Assembly: GCA_031283895.1 (NCBI GenBank)
Contig: JAITAV010000004.1
Span: 426-64,425 of the forward strand
Reading direction: 5' to 3'
Source: Puniceicoccales bacterium
GTDB lineage: Bacteria; Verrucomicrobiota; Verrucomicrobiia; Opitutales; UBA9783
Length of the DNA stretch: 64,000 nt
The translations under genes and the position numbers were made by a program. Numbering within the stretch: the first letter of the stretch is position 1; each line of letters opens with the position of its first letter. The notes beneath the pieces are model-generated. The model did no database searches and was not told the origin of the DNA. It worked only from the letters and a program-made list of their open reading frames with translations. Positions 9,129-18,208 of the stretch are shown here, piece by piece.

Positions 9129-10349
9129 TCACAAATCTTGCAATAGCCACCGAGTCAGAGAAATATCTTCTGTTTGCAGTAATATTTGATGGAGTTTTTC
9201 CGAGTAAGATAAAAATTGCTGCCTGGTAGCCTCAGGATCGTCTAAAAATTGCTGCATACATTGTGCAACCTTAAAGGCTTGTAATGCGGAGCTTTGTAAA
9301 AATTCTGGATACGCTTGCTCTTTCAATAAAATATTTGCCATACTTAGAAAAGGTACCCTCACAATACATTTTCCCAAGGCATAAGTTATGGGATGTGCAC
9401 GATAAACAATGACCCCGGGAATTCCCGCCAAAGCTATCTTTAATGAAGCAGTACCCGAACTCATCAATGATCCACAAATTTCCAAAGGATGCAGTAAATT
9501 GCCGTGATCGCATAAACGAACGGCACTTTGCAGATGATCCTTTGCGATTTTCTCTTCCAAAATGGCTTTGATGGATGCGTCCGGGTACACGACAATACCT
9601 CTTAATTTTTCATATTTTAATTTTAAAAATTGAAAAGCGTTTAATAAAATAGGGAAAATACGTTTTACGGCCGCCGAACGACTTCCAGGTAATAATAACA
9701 ATTCTCCATCTAAATCGTATGCAAAAGGTAATTTTTCTCCGATCAGAGGATGCCCAACGTAACAAACATCCAAATTAGTATCGCCAAAATACGCTTTTTC
9801 AAAGGGGAAAATAACCGCTAATCGATCCAAAAATTTGGCCATTAAAAACCGACGATTTCGCCTCCATGCCCAAATCTGCGGTGCTATGTAGGCGCAAACT
9901 TTTACATTTCCACCGCCTTTACAACTCAATTTTTTTTCAAACAACTTTTTGGCCAAACGCAAATTAAACCCGGGGAAGTCAACCAAACAAACGATACGTG
10001 GGCGATAAACTTCTATCCATCGAACAATCCAATCCATGAGTGCTTTGAATTGACGATAGTATTTCAAAACTTCTATAAGTCCTACAACAGACCACCTTGT
10101 GATATCCAGTAATAGGTGGGCGCCTGCTTGCTGTAACGATTGTCCACCGATTGCGCAGATATTTAAATTGGGATGCAAAGCTTTTAAATCTCTGATACAA
10201 GCAGCGGCGTGCGCATCCCCAGAGTGCTCTCCGGCAATGACCAACATGTCTATTCGTTTGTCGACGACATGTTTACTTTTGTCGGTAACAATATTCTTTT
10301 CACCTAACTTTTCCACATGCATCATACTTTTCTTGTCTACATACCACAT
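9129..10349 (-). CDS. lpxB: lipid-A-disaccharide synthase
   Basis: 'MLVIAGEHSGDAHAA', 'DFPGFNLRLAKK', 'YIAPQIWAWR' and 'LLLPGSR' are LpxB signatures. Start is ambiguous: ATGs at 10349, 10325/10322 and 10247. The first three overlap the upstream symporter gene. Confidence 0.88.
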   Translation of the reverse strand: MWYVDKKSMMHVEKLGEKNIVTDKSKHVVDKRIDMLVIAGEHSGDAHAAACIRDLKALHPNLNICAIGGQSLQQAGAHLLLDITRWSVVGLIEVLKYYRQFKALMDWIVRWIEVYRPRIVCLVDFPGFNLRLAKKLFEKKLSCKGGGNVKVCAYIAPQIWAWRRNRRFLMAKFLDRLAVIFPFEKAYFGDTNLDVCYVGHPLIGEKLPFAYDLDGELLLLPGSRSAAVKRIFPILLNAFQFLKLKYEKLRGIVVYPDASIKAILEEKIAKDHLQSAVRLCDHGNLLHPLEICGSLMSSGTASLKIALAGIPGVIVYRAHPITYALGKCIVRVPFLSMANILLKEQAYPEFLQSSALQAFKVAQCMQQFLDDPEATRQQFLSYSEKLHQILLQTEDISLTRWLLQDL

Positions 10350-11667
10350 TCCGCAGAAAAATTAAACCTATTAGATTGGGTATAACCATCAGTCCATTAA
10401 CGATATCTGCAATGGGAAAAATAGTTTCTAATTTCAAAAATGGTCCAATCGTAACGCATACAAGAAAAATTATCCTGTACACAATAACCCAATTTTCACC
10501 CGTAAGATATTGAAAACATTTTTCTCCATAATAGTTCCACCCAATAATGGTTGTAAAAGCAAAAAATATAATCCCAACATTTACAACGTACGACCCCAAC
10601 GGTAAGTATCCCATCCCATTACCAAATGCAAAAGCGGTCAAGGTAGCCCCTTCTAATGTAGGATGCGGTACGAAAAAATCTGTCGCACCATGTACCAAGA
10701 TTAACACTAATCCAGTCATACTGCATGTCAACATTGAAAAAAATGTTCCGGTCATGGAGATCAATCCCTGCTTTTCCGGAGAATTTGTTTTGGCAATTGC
10801 AGCCGCAATGGGGGTACTACCTAACCCCGATTCGTCGCAAAAAATACCGCGACTTACCCCTATTTGCATAACCTTCATCGTAGTTACGCCCACCCCTCCA
10901 CCGAAAACAGCTTCAGGGTTGAAAGCTCCCACAAATATGAATTTCAATGCATTTGGCAATAAATTTATATTACGTATAATAACTAAAATTGCACACAGTA
11001 TGTATGCTAAAGTCATAAAAGGAACTACTTTTTCAGATACTTTAGCTATACATTTTATTCCGCCCAGAGTAATTACAGCTACCAATATGGTTACCCATAA
11101 AGAGGTTGAAAACCTTGTTATACCAAAAAAACTTGCCGCCACAGCAATTGAATTCACCTGACAAAAAGTTCCAATCCCCAAGAAAGCAACCCCTACTCCA
11201 AACAAAGCAAAAGCCTTTGCCAACCATTTGCTGTGCAATCCATTTTGAATGTAATACATAGGCCCTCCATCAACCGTACCATTTTTATTGATTCTCCTAT
11301 ATTTTATTGCCAATACACTTTCTGCATATTTTGTTGCCATTCCAAAAAATGCAACGACCCACATCCAAAACATGGCCCCAGGACCACCGGTTAGAATAGC
11401 CGTAGCAACGCCAACAATGTTACCCGTTCCTATGGTAGAAGCAAGCGAGGTACACAGTGAAGCAAAACAAGAAACATCCCCCGTGGATTTTCCTTCATCT
11501 TCTTTTTTGTAAAATAAATAACTCAACGCCAATTTTAACTTAAAAATTTGTATAAACCGCAATCGCAACGTATAGTAAATACCCGTACCTAACAATGTGG
11601 ACATCAGAGGAAATCCCCATAAAAATGAATTAACTTCTTTCAAATGGGCTGTCCAACACGCAATCAT
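10300..11667 (-). CDS. alanine/glycine:cation symporter (AGCS family)
   Basis: Polytopic, about 455 aa. 'GDVSCFASLCTSLASTIGTGNIVGVATAI', 'GGPGAMFWMWV' and 'GIFCDESGLGSTPIAAA' are AGCS motifs. ATG at 11665-11667 overlaps the upstream stop (TAATG); the track start 11673 is TTG. Confidence 0.88.
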   Translation of the reverse strand: MIACWTAHLKEVNSFLWGFPLMSTLLGTGIYYTLRLRFIQIFKLKLALSYLFYKKEDEGKSTGDVSCFASLCTSLASTIGTGNIVGVATAILTGGPGAMFWMWVVAFFGMATKYAESVLAIKYRRINKNGTVDGGPMYYIQNGLHSKWLAKAFALFGVGVAFLGIGTFCQVNSIAVAASFFGITRFSTSLWVTILVAVITLGGIKCIAKVSEKVVPFMTLAYILCAILVIIRNINLLPNALKFIFVGAFNPEAVFGGGVGVTTMKVMQIGVSRGIFCDESGLGSTPIAAAIAKTNSPEKQGLISMTGTFFSMLTCSMTGLVLILVHGATDFFVPHPTLEGATLTAFAFGNGMGYLPLGSYVVNVGIIFFAFTTIIGWNYYGEKCFQYLTGENWVIVYRIIFLVCVTIGPFLKLETIFPIADIVNGLMVIPNLIGLIFLRNVVCRQEKYDACGKVR

Positions 11668-12596
11668 TAACAACGTTCCTGCGTACCTTGCCTAATAAGA
11701 TCCGTAATTTGTAAGGCAACAGCCAAAGTAGAACGGGCAACCCATCCATTAATTTTAGGCTGATGGGTTTTCAAAATACAGTCTATAAAATCACTCAATT
11801 CAACCTTCAAAGGTTCTTCTTTGTGCAAAGGAACCTCTTCTTTTTTAAGCTCAAGACCCTCCTTGTAAAGTAAATGTCCTCTCTGGTCCATAAAGTCCAA
11901 AGACAAATATTTATTGGGTTGAAAAACTCGAATTTCGCGTACTTTTTTTAAGCTGACTCGGCTTGCATTAAAATTGGCAATGCAGCCGTTTTTGAAACGG
12001 ATACGCGCATTGGCAATATCTTCCCCCATGGATAGTACGCTTACACCCACCGCTTCTATAGATTCTATAGGGGAATTGACCAATTGTAAAACAATCCCAA
12101 GGTCATGTATCATTAAATCTAAAACAACCCCTACGTCCGTTCCACGTGGGTTAAATGGAGCTAATCGATCCGCCGTAATATAACGCGGTTCGCTGACGTG
12201 AGTTTCTAAAAAACTGGTAACCGGATTGTAATGTTCTATGTGCCCAACCTGCACGTAACGTCCGCAAGCATCCGCCATCTTAGCCACTTTTTCCGCTTCG
12301 GATAGGGTAACGCACAAAGGTTTTTCGATCAACAGATGACAGCCTAAACTCAATAATTGTAAAGCCACTTCTGCGTGTGTCGTCGTAGGTGTAACGACGC
12401 TAACCGCATGACATTGCTTGGCCAATGCTTCAACATTTTTAAAAGCTTCACAATGGAATCTATGAGCAATCTCCTGAGCACGTTCAAAATTCAGATCGAA
12501 AACACCCACCAAATGTACCTTATCCAATTCAGCATAAATACGCGCATGGTGTGACCCCAAGTATCCAACACCAACAACACCACAATTTACTTGCAT
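11667..12596 (-). CDS. Gfo/Idh/MocA-family NAD(P)-dependent oxidoreductase
   Basis: N-terminal Rossmann 'GVVGVGYLGSHHARIY', 'EKPL' motif ('LLIEKPLCVT') and a C-terminal alpha/beta domain. ATG at 12596 (MQVNCGVVG); the track start is TTG at 12626. Confidence 0.8.
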   Translation of the reverse strand: MQVNCGVVGVGYLGSHHARIYAELDKVHLVGVFDLNFERAQEIAHRFHCEAFKNVEALAKQCHAVSVVTPTTTHAEVALQLLSLGCHLLIEKPLCVTLSEAEKVAKMADACGRYVQVGHIEHYNPVTSFLETHVSEPRYITADRLAPFNPRGTDVGVVLDLMIHDLGIVLQLVNSPIESIEAVGVSVLSMGEDIANARIRFKNGCIANFNASRVSLKKVREIRVFQPNKYLSLDFMDQRGHLLYKEGLELKKEEVPLHKEEPLKVELSDFIDCILKTHQPKINGWVARSTLAVALQITDLIRQGTQERC

Positions 12597-13252
12597 CGTT
12601 TCAATTCCCCTTGTTCTAAACGACAATATTTATTTGTTTGCCTAGCAAAATTTTCATTATGCGTCACTAAAATGAAACTCGTTGTAAATTTCTGACAAAT
12701 GGAAAAAAACATTTGTGAAACCCGTAGACTTGTTTGTTCATCCAAACTGCCCGTAGGCTCATCGGCTAAAATCAAACGTGGATTCATCATAAAAGCGCGA
12801 CCAATGGCTACGCGTTGCCTTTCTCCTCCCGATAAAGTTCTGGGTAATTGATATGAAAACTTTTCCAATCCTAATTCTAAAAGTAGATGATGCGCCCGAT
12901 TCATTACACCTGTATCCACTTTTTCACCCATAACACGCACGGGGAGCAATAGATTTTCTAATACATTTAACTCTTCTATCAAATAATAATGCTGAAAAAT
13001 GTAACTTATGCCCGGTATATGCGGATTTAAATGATGAGAAATCATTTGATTACAAAAGCAAATGGTTCCGGAATCGACACTTTCTAATCCACCTAAAGCA
13101 AACAATAATGTCGACTTTCCTGAGCCTGATTCTCCACAAATGGCCATGGATTCACCCTCAAAAAGCTCGAAATTCACATCGTGCCACAAGCAAAAGCGTT
13201 CAGTTTTCGAACTTACAAAAAATTTAGTCAATTTATCTGCACTAAGAAGCAT
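12587..13252 (-). CDS. lolD: lipoprotein-releasing ABC transporter ATP-binding protein
   Basis: Walker A 'GESGSGKST', signature '[14 protein letters not shown]', Walker B '[11 protein letters not shown]'. Sits immediately after a LolC/E-type permease gene (1-nt gap). ATG at 13252. Confidence 0.85.
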   Translation of the reverse strand: MLLSADKLTKFFVSSKTERFCLWHDVNFELFEGESMAICGESGSGKSTLLFALGGLESVDSGTICFCNQMISHHLNPHIPGISYIFQHYYLIEELNVLENLLLPVRVMGEKVDTGVMNRAHHLLLELGLEKFSYQLPRTLSGGERQRVAIGRAFMMNPRLILADEPTGSLDEQTSLRVSQMFFSICQKFTTSFILVTHNENFARQTNKYCRLEQGELKRCK

Positions 13253-13253
13253 T

Positions 13254-14477
13254 TTACTCACTTCGCAAACTCCTGGCAACGAGTGAAAAACTTGCTTTAA
13301 GCGCCGGAATAATGGCAGCCAATAAAGCGATTATAACCGTCAAACCTCCTATGAGAGCAAAATCTTGCCATGCGTAGGCCGCCGGTAATTTCGAAAAAGA
13401 ATAAAAATTCCACAAAAAATTTTCGGGAAAAATTAAGCCCGTTAAAAAACAAATTATACCATTTCGATAATGCAATACGCTCATGCCTCCTATAAAGCCT
13501 AACAGGATACCTAAACTGCTTAAAAAAGCAGCCTGCCAACAAAATAACGCAGTAATTTGCCAACGTTGTGCTCCCCAAATGCGCAACAAGGCAATTTCAC
13601 GCGTTTTTCTTACCACAGAAGACATCAAACCACTACTTATGGAAAAACATGCCACCAAAATAACAAACAATAGCACAAAAAAACTCATTGCTTTTTCTAA
13701 TTTAAGGATATACAAGAAGTCTGTATCTAATTCCATCCACGAATATGCCCTCAAAGGTTTAGGCAAATGAGCATTTAATTTTAAGCACAGTTGTTGAATA
13801 GAAGTCCCTGGTTTTACACGCAAACTGAATCCATGGATTCCATTGTTTAAGCCATACAGATCCTGCAAAATTTTCAACGAACACAGCAACGTATTTTTGT
13901 CAATTTCAGCCCATTCCGTCTCAAAAATACCGACAACCGGTAATTCTTTGGGTAATAAAACTTCATCTCGTTTGATAGCCTCTAAAGACAAAGGGGAATA
14001 GATATCCAAAGTATCTTTCACGTTGATATTTAAAGTTTGGGCCAACCCTTTTGTCACAAAAACCCCTTGATTTAAATCGGCAATGTCGCCGGAACATACG
14101 AATGAACGCAGAGGCAAAACGGATTGAACCGTTTTTTCATCCACCCCCAGACATCTTGGGAACTGTACGTAATCTCCATGTTGAACCAAAGCAATGCCTT
14201 GTACAAAAGGTGTTACATGCGCCACACCTTCAAAATTCTTTAACGTATGCATCCATTGGGTACAATCTTCAATAATGGAAGAGGATAAAATTTTTATCTG
14301 ACCATTGATTTGAATTAGTTTGTTGTGAATCGTTTTATCAAAACCATTCATGATGCTAAGAACGACTGTCAAGACCATGACCCCAAGAGCGATACCAATA
14401 ATGGATATCCAAGTAAAAAACGTTCCCATGCGGCCTTTAGGAAACAAATAATGCAACGCTAACTTTAAAGTCCACAT
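13254..14477 (-). CDS. LolC/LolE-family lipoprotein-releasing permease (MacB-like periplasmic domain plus FtsX domain)
   Basis: About 407 aa. N-terminal TM, large periplasmic domain, and a C-terminal FtsX-like 3-TM bundle ('REIALLRIWGAQRWQI'). ATG at 14477 (MWTLKLALHYL); the track start is TTG at 14486. Confidence 0.85.
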   Translation of the reverse strand: MWTLKLALHYLFPKGRMGTFFTWISIIGIALGVMVLTVVLSIMNGFDKTIHNKLIQINGQIKILSSSIIEDCTQWMHTLKNFEGVAHVTPFVQGIALVQHGDYVQFPRCLGVDEKTVQSVLPLRSFVCSGDIADLNQGVFVTKGLAQTLNINVKDTLDIYSPLSLEAIKRDEVLLPKELPVVGIFETEWAEIDKNTLLCSLKILQDLYGLNNGIHGFSLRVKPGTSIQQLCLKLNAHLPKPLRAYSWMELDTDFLYILKLEKAMSFFVLLFVILVACFSISSGLMSSVVRKTREIALLRIWGAQRWQITALFCWQAAFLSSLGILLGFIGGMSVLHYRNGIICFLTGLIFPENFLWNFYSFSKLPAAYAWQDFALIGGLTVIIALLAAIIPALKASFSLVARSLRSE

Positions 14478-14490
14478 GAATACCAATTAT

Positions 14491-14515
14491 AAAAAAAGGG
14501 ATTCCTTTGAATCCC
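14491..14515 (-). terminator. rho-independent terminator downstream of dnaN
   Basis: On the minus strand: GGGATTC-AAAG-GAATCCC (7-bp stem) followed by TTTTTTT (plus-strand A-run 14491-14497). Lies 12 nt after the dnaN stop. Confidence 0.75.
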
Positions 14516-14526
14516 AACGCACTTTT

Positions 14527-15669
14527 TCAAGACAGACGCAATGGCATAACAACGCACAAAAATTTTTCAAACGTCTTAATAACACCGGGACTCAATTCGT
14601 CTTTGAATTCAAAAAATATCTCATCTTCTTGCAAAGATCGCAATGGATCACTTAGGAAGCGAGGATTAAAGGCAATGGTTACCGGATCTTCGCTATAATC
14701 GATGGCCATGGCTTCTTGAGCTTCACCCAATTCTGCACTTGAAGCCGACAGTTCCAAAATATTATCTCCAAATTTCAATTTGACTGTATTGTTTTCTTGA
14801 CTGGAAACTAAGGATACACGTTGGATGCATTCCAATAACAAACCACGTTCCAATTTTACACGGTGCACCGTCGTTTGCGGAATAACTTGTTGGTAATTTG
14901 GGAAACGACCTTCCACTTTCTTGGATACCAAGTAGATAGAATTCTGGAGTCCATTTTCAATTGCTGTATTTTCTAAATTTAACTCAAAGGCAACCTGTTT
15001 ATCGTTGAAATAAATTCTAATGGGAGCCATTTGCTGCAATAACCTTTCCAATTCGATGACTGTTTTTGCAGGTAAAATAAACTCAGCACCTTCCAATGTA
15101 GTAGGTGCTTCGATATCTTTTTGTATCAAACTGAGACGTCGGCCATCCGTAGCAACCAAATGCAACTGCATTTTATCATTTTCTTTACGAAAAGCAAAAA
15201 AAACCCCATGCAACAAATAACGATTTTCATCTTCCGATTGAGCAAACGAAACGTGTCGCAACATGTTGCCTAAGGTTTGCTGCTCCAACGAAAAACCTTT
15301 ATCTTGCGAGAATGTTGGTAAAGATGGAAATTCCGTATCATTCATCCCCATAATCCTAAATTTTGAACGGCCTGAAACTATTTTAGCCTGATTTTGTGAG
15401 CACTCCAACTCAACATCCGCTTCTGGTAAAGCTTTAATGATAGAGGCAAGTTTTCTTGCGGGTAATGCAATCCGACCTTCAATCTGAACGTCTGCTTTTA
15501 CGGAACAACGAATTCCCATGTCCAAGTTAGTCGTCGTAAGTTCAAGAACATTATCTTTCGCATTTAAAAGAACATTCCCCAAAATGGGCAAAGAACTACG
15601 AATACCTACAACATTCAATACTTGTTGCAGCCCATTTACAAAAGTGGCTTTCGCAATACGTATTTTCAT
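14527..15669 (-). CDS. dnaN: DNA polymerase III beta sliding clamp
   Basis: 380 aa. 'MKIRIAKATFVNGLQQVLNVV...PILGNVLL' and three-domain length typical of DnaN, with C-terminal 'CVVMPLRL'. Confidence 0.92.
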   Translation of the reverse strand: MKIRIAKATFVNGLQQVLNVVGIRSSLPILGNVLLNAKDNVLELTTTNLDMGIRCSVKADVQIEGRIALPARKLASIIKALPEADVELECSQNQAKIVSGRSKFRIMGMNDTEFPSLPTFSQDKGFSLEQQTLGNMLRHVSFAQSEDENRYLLHGVFFAFRKENDKMQLHLVATDGRRLSLIQKDIEAPTTLEGAEFILPAKTVIELERLLQQMAPIRIYFNDKQVAFELNLENTAIENGLQNSIYLVSKKVEGRFPNYQQVIPQTTVHRVKLERGLLLECIQRVSLVSSQENNTVKLKFGDNILELSASSAELGEAQEAMAIDYSEDPVTIAFNPRFLSDPLRSLQEDEIFFEFKDELSPGVIKTFEKFLCVVMPLRLS

Positions 15670-15744
15670 CTATGATGACATTGAGAGAATTTGGATATTT
15701 TGGCAATATTTTTGTAAAAATAAACTAAAAAAATTTTTGAACAG

Positions 15745-15788
15745 CCTAAAAAAGAGAAAGAGGACTCATAAACTTATGAGTCCTCTTT
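15745..15788 (-). terminator. rho-independent terminator after the 158-aa paralog gene
   Basis: Perfect 15-bp inverted repeat: 15757-15771 (aaagaggactcataa) pairs with 15774-15788. On the minus strand it is followed by CUCUUUUUU. Confidence 0.8.
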
Positions 15789-15812
15789 CCAATTCAAATT
15801 CACATACTCTAT

Positions 15813-16289
15813 TTATCTAGCCGTAGCCGTTAATTCAATTACTTTCAAAACTTTCTCGCACAAATTATCACCTTTTGCCAAAGCTAAATTCCGACAGTGG
15901 TGTTCAATATCAGGATATTCGTTCAACGCTCCTGCAATCACATCGTCCGGAATAGAGATCCATTTGTTCGGTTCTGCAAGACTATTCCATAAAACCTCAA
16001 AAGCTTCTTCCAATTGCTCTTGCGACCCAATTGCCGCAAACGATTTCACTGTTTTACAAATCGCCACGTTAACCAGTCCATCGTTTGACGGAATCGCCGC
16101 TTGCAAGCCACTTACCGAAACGTTGGGTGCGCGAAAACGTAACATCACAATATCTGCATTGGCTGCACTCAAAACGTCTTCAAGGTTCTCTTGTTTTCGC
16201 TCTCTGTGCAGCAAACACCCATAAAGTACATCACCTAAAGTTACATTTCTCCCACATTTAGCCTGTAATTGATATAGTAAACTACCCAT
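15813..16289 (-). CDS. hypothetical protein, truncated paralog of 16352-17161 (no signal peptide)
   Basis: 158 aa with ATG start. Aligns to the central part of the neighbour: 'SQEQLEEAFEVLWNSLAEPNKWISIPDDVI' vs 'SQEQMEEAFEVLYTHVTEFNDWMSISEDKVI'; 'NDGLVNVAICKTVKSF' vs 'GDGLINGVIRETLKRF'; 'GDNLCEKV' vs 'GEHLCSKL'. Confidence 0.6.
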   Translation of the reverse strand: MGSLLYQLQAKCGRNVTLGDVLYGCLLHRERKQENLEDVLSAANADIVMLRFRAPNVSVSGLQAAIPSNDGLVNVAICKTVKSFAAIGSQEQLEEAFEVLWNSLAEPNKWISIPDDVIAGALNEYPDIEHHCRNLALAKGDNLCEKVLKVIELTATAR

Positions 16290-16301
16290 GAATGCCTGAG
16301 C

Positions 16302-16328
16302 AAAACCCCTAAGCTATTTAGGGGTTTT
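16302..16328 (-). terminator. intergenic GC-cored stem-loop between the two paralogs (partial terminator or processing hairpin)
   Basis: 11-bp perfect stem aaaacccctaa / ttaggggtttt with 5-nt loop. Lies 24 nt after the stop of the upstream paralog and 13 nt before the ATG of the downstream one. The U-run is only the 4 U of the stem on the minus strand. Confidence 0.5.
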
Positions 16329-16351
16329 TATCTTATTCTTTATTGAGTAGT

Positions 16352-17161
16352 TCAAGTAAAAACTTTGGGGTCAGCTGCCAATGCAAGCACTTTTACAAGC
16401 GCACGCATACCAGGAACAGCACATATAAGGTTATCAGGTGGACCAGGATTCATAAATGTTTCACCGTATAAGACCCATTGATGCTCCAAAGAGCGGGCCA
16501 ACTTTTTATTGTGGAAGTCCAATTCATTCGCCAAATAGTGGGCTAACTTTGAGCACAAATGCTCTCCGTCCGCTTGCTTAAATCGACGGAAATGAGTATG
16601 GAGGTCAGCATGGTGTCCCCATAAAGCTGCATCTGTAATCACCTTATCTTCAGAAATAGACATCCAATCATTAAATTCTGTAACATGGGTGTATAAAACT
16701 TCAAAAGCTTCTTCCATCTGTTCTTGTGACCAGGCCTTTACAAACCGTTTTAAAGTTTCACGAATTACTCCGTTAATTAACCCATCACCCGGTTGTACGA
16801 ATGCTTGCAAACCATCTACTTCAGCATCTGAATTACAAACTTCCTCAGAAAATATGCTGTCTAAATCCATCCGTTTACGATCCCAACACCATAGATGCCG
16901 ATACAAGATTTCATCCAGAGTCAAATCTGGGAATTGCGCTTGTAATTGTTGCAACGTATGACCGTTTAATTCTTCAGAAAAGATGTGCAATTTCCCTGCC
17001 AAAGATGAGAAAAAAACACCTTTGAGAGTACGCTGTTGTTCCTTAGTTAAGGATAATTTTTCGGGGAACGTAAACCAACCCGCATGGACTTTAGGAAATA
17101 GACCAAACATAATACCGAAAAATAATGTATGCGTTAAAAATTTATAAAATAGGTTTTTCAT
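16352..17161 (-). CDS. hypothetical exported protein (full-length paralog)
   Basis: 269 aa with ATG start. Signal-peptide-like N-terminus 'MKNLFYKFLTHTLFFGIMFGLFPKVHA|G'. I recognise no family. Confidence 0.65.
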   Translation of the reverse strand: MKNLFYKFLTHTLFFGIMFGLFPKVHAGWFTFPEKLSLTKEQQRTLKGVFFSSLAGKLHIFSEELNGHTLQQLQAQFPDLTLDEILYRHLWCWDRKRMDLDSIFSEEVCNSDAEVDGLQAFVQPGDGLINGVIRETLKRFVKAWSQEQMEEAFEVLYTHVTEFNDWMSISEDKVITDAALWGHHADLHTHFRRFKQADGEHLCSKLAHYLANELDFHNKKLARSLEHQWVLYGETFMNPGPPDNLICAVPGMRALVKVLALAADPKVFT

Positions 17162-17206
17162 AACATTGCATACATATAAAGCAATATTAAGGCCACTTTG
17201 AAAAAC

Positions 17207-18208
17207 TTATGACGTAAACAAACTTATCTGTTTAGAATGACCTGCCTGGTTCTCGGAATCAAATGCCGGCGGTTTGTGTATCCTAGACTGCAGCAAATTT
17301 TCACGATCCTGCACAATTCTTTCGGCAATTTTTTCAACATGCATTGTCAACCAACGGTAAGTTAAGCTCCCTGGACAATAATCTGCGGGCCCGTAGCAGT
17401 CCACTCTACCGCTTTCCAACAACGCATCGTTTTGCATAAACTCCTGCATATTATCCGGATGATGTACGGCAAAAGTTTTTCCACCTCTCTCTTTCATAAC
17501 GGAAAACATGGGAACGTCCGTAGCCCCATCCGCAATATAGATCATATTTTTAATGGGAATTCTCCGATCTTCAGGCAACATGGAGGCGTTTACATCCAAA
17601 TTGGCATGCTTGTTAACACCTTTGTTGATTTCGAATAAAAAACGAGTTTTTGTCGTATTGTCAATCACTCGAGCGATCTGACTAATTTCTCTGTATTCCG
17701 AATCAATGGGCAAAATCTCCTGATGCAAAAAACCGGGCAACATGGGCTCTTCAATGAATTCGCATCCAAAGATATCATCGACGTAGGGAGCTATTTTACT
17801 GCCGCGAATCATTTCAGCTAACCCACCGCTGATAATGTAGTGTTCTAGTTTCAACTCATGTGCGTTAAAACGTTCGTTTTTTTCTACCACATCTTTCAAG
17901 ATTTGAAAAAATGTCGGCAATCCTTCGAAAAATATTAGTGAGGTTCCCAATTGTTGTAATTTTTGGTTGCTCAAACCGCGAAAAGGTCCTGTTTTTACGT
18001 ATGTGAGTAGATGATTTAAATAGAGTAAATCTTCCGTCACCGCAATATTTTGTTGTCGGTACACGCGTGACAATGCCCCAACTTCTTTCCAAAAGTTTTG
18101 CTCATCCACCACATAAGTTTCAAAAAGGGGTCTTTGCATGTATCCGGGTATGAGCGTTTTGTCAAAATCCCAAATACATGCCATTAAATTTGAATTCGTA
18201 ACGTGCAT
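17207..18208 (-). CDS. HAD-superfamily phosphatase (phosphoserine-phosphatase-like, subfamily IB pattern)
   Basis: Motif I 'IWDFDKTLI' (DxDxT), motif II 'YIISGG', motif IV 'IYIADGATDVPMF'. Its ATG (18206-18208) directly abuts the stop of the coiled-coil gene (18209-18211). An alternative ATG lies at 18184. Confidence 0.75.
   Translation of the reverse strand: MHVTNSNLMACIWDFDKTLIPGYMQRPLFETYVVDEQNFWKEVGALSRVYRQQNIAVTEDLLYLNHLLTYVKTGPFRGLSNQKLQQLGTSLIFFEGLPTFFQILKDVVEKNERFNAHELKLEHYIISGGLAEMIRGSKIAPYVDDIFGCEFIEEPMLPGFLHQEILPIDSEYREISQIARVIDNTTKTRFLFEINKGVNKHANLDVNASMLPEDRRIPIKNMIYIADGATDVPMFSVMKERGGKTFAVHHPDNMQEFMQNDALLESGRVDCYGPADYCPGSLTYRWLTMHVEKIAERIVQDRENLLQSRIHKPPAFDSENQAGHSKQISLFTS

Noticed and set aside
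10547-11161. 204-aa plus-strand ORF, and other long antisense ORFs (290-676, 11288-11512, 13483-13770).
   Set aside because: They lie entirely antisense to well-supported genes (AGCS symporter, dus, lolC/E). Their composition is low-complexity and Pro/Thr/Lys-rich with no motifs, typical of stop-poor antisense frames.
14477-14497. TATAAT hexamer formed by the end of the dnaN terminator T-run, 8 nt before the lolC/E ATG (possible leaderless promoter).
   Set aside because: There is no acceptable -35 at 16-19 nt; that position lies in the terminator stem. Read-through or an internal dnaN promoter is equally possible, and the sequence alone does not settle it.
15813-17161. Idea that the two paralogs are heme-oxygenase-like di-iron (CADD/PqqC-type) proteins, because of 'EEAFEVLYTH' and 'HHADLHTH' in the long copy.
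   Set aside because: The candidate His ligands are not conserved in the short paralog ('EEAFEVLWNS', 'EYPDIEHH'), and the spacing does not match the ExxH pairs of that family.
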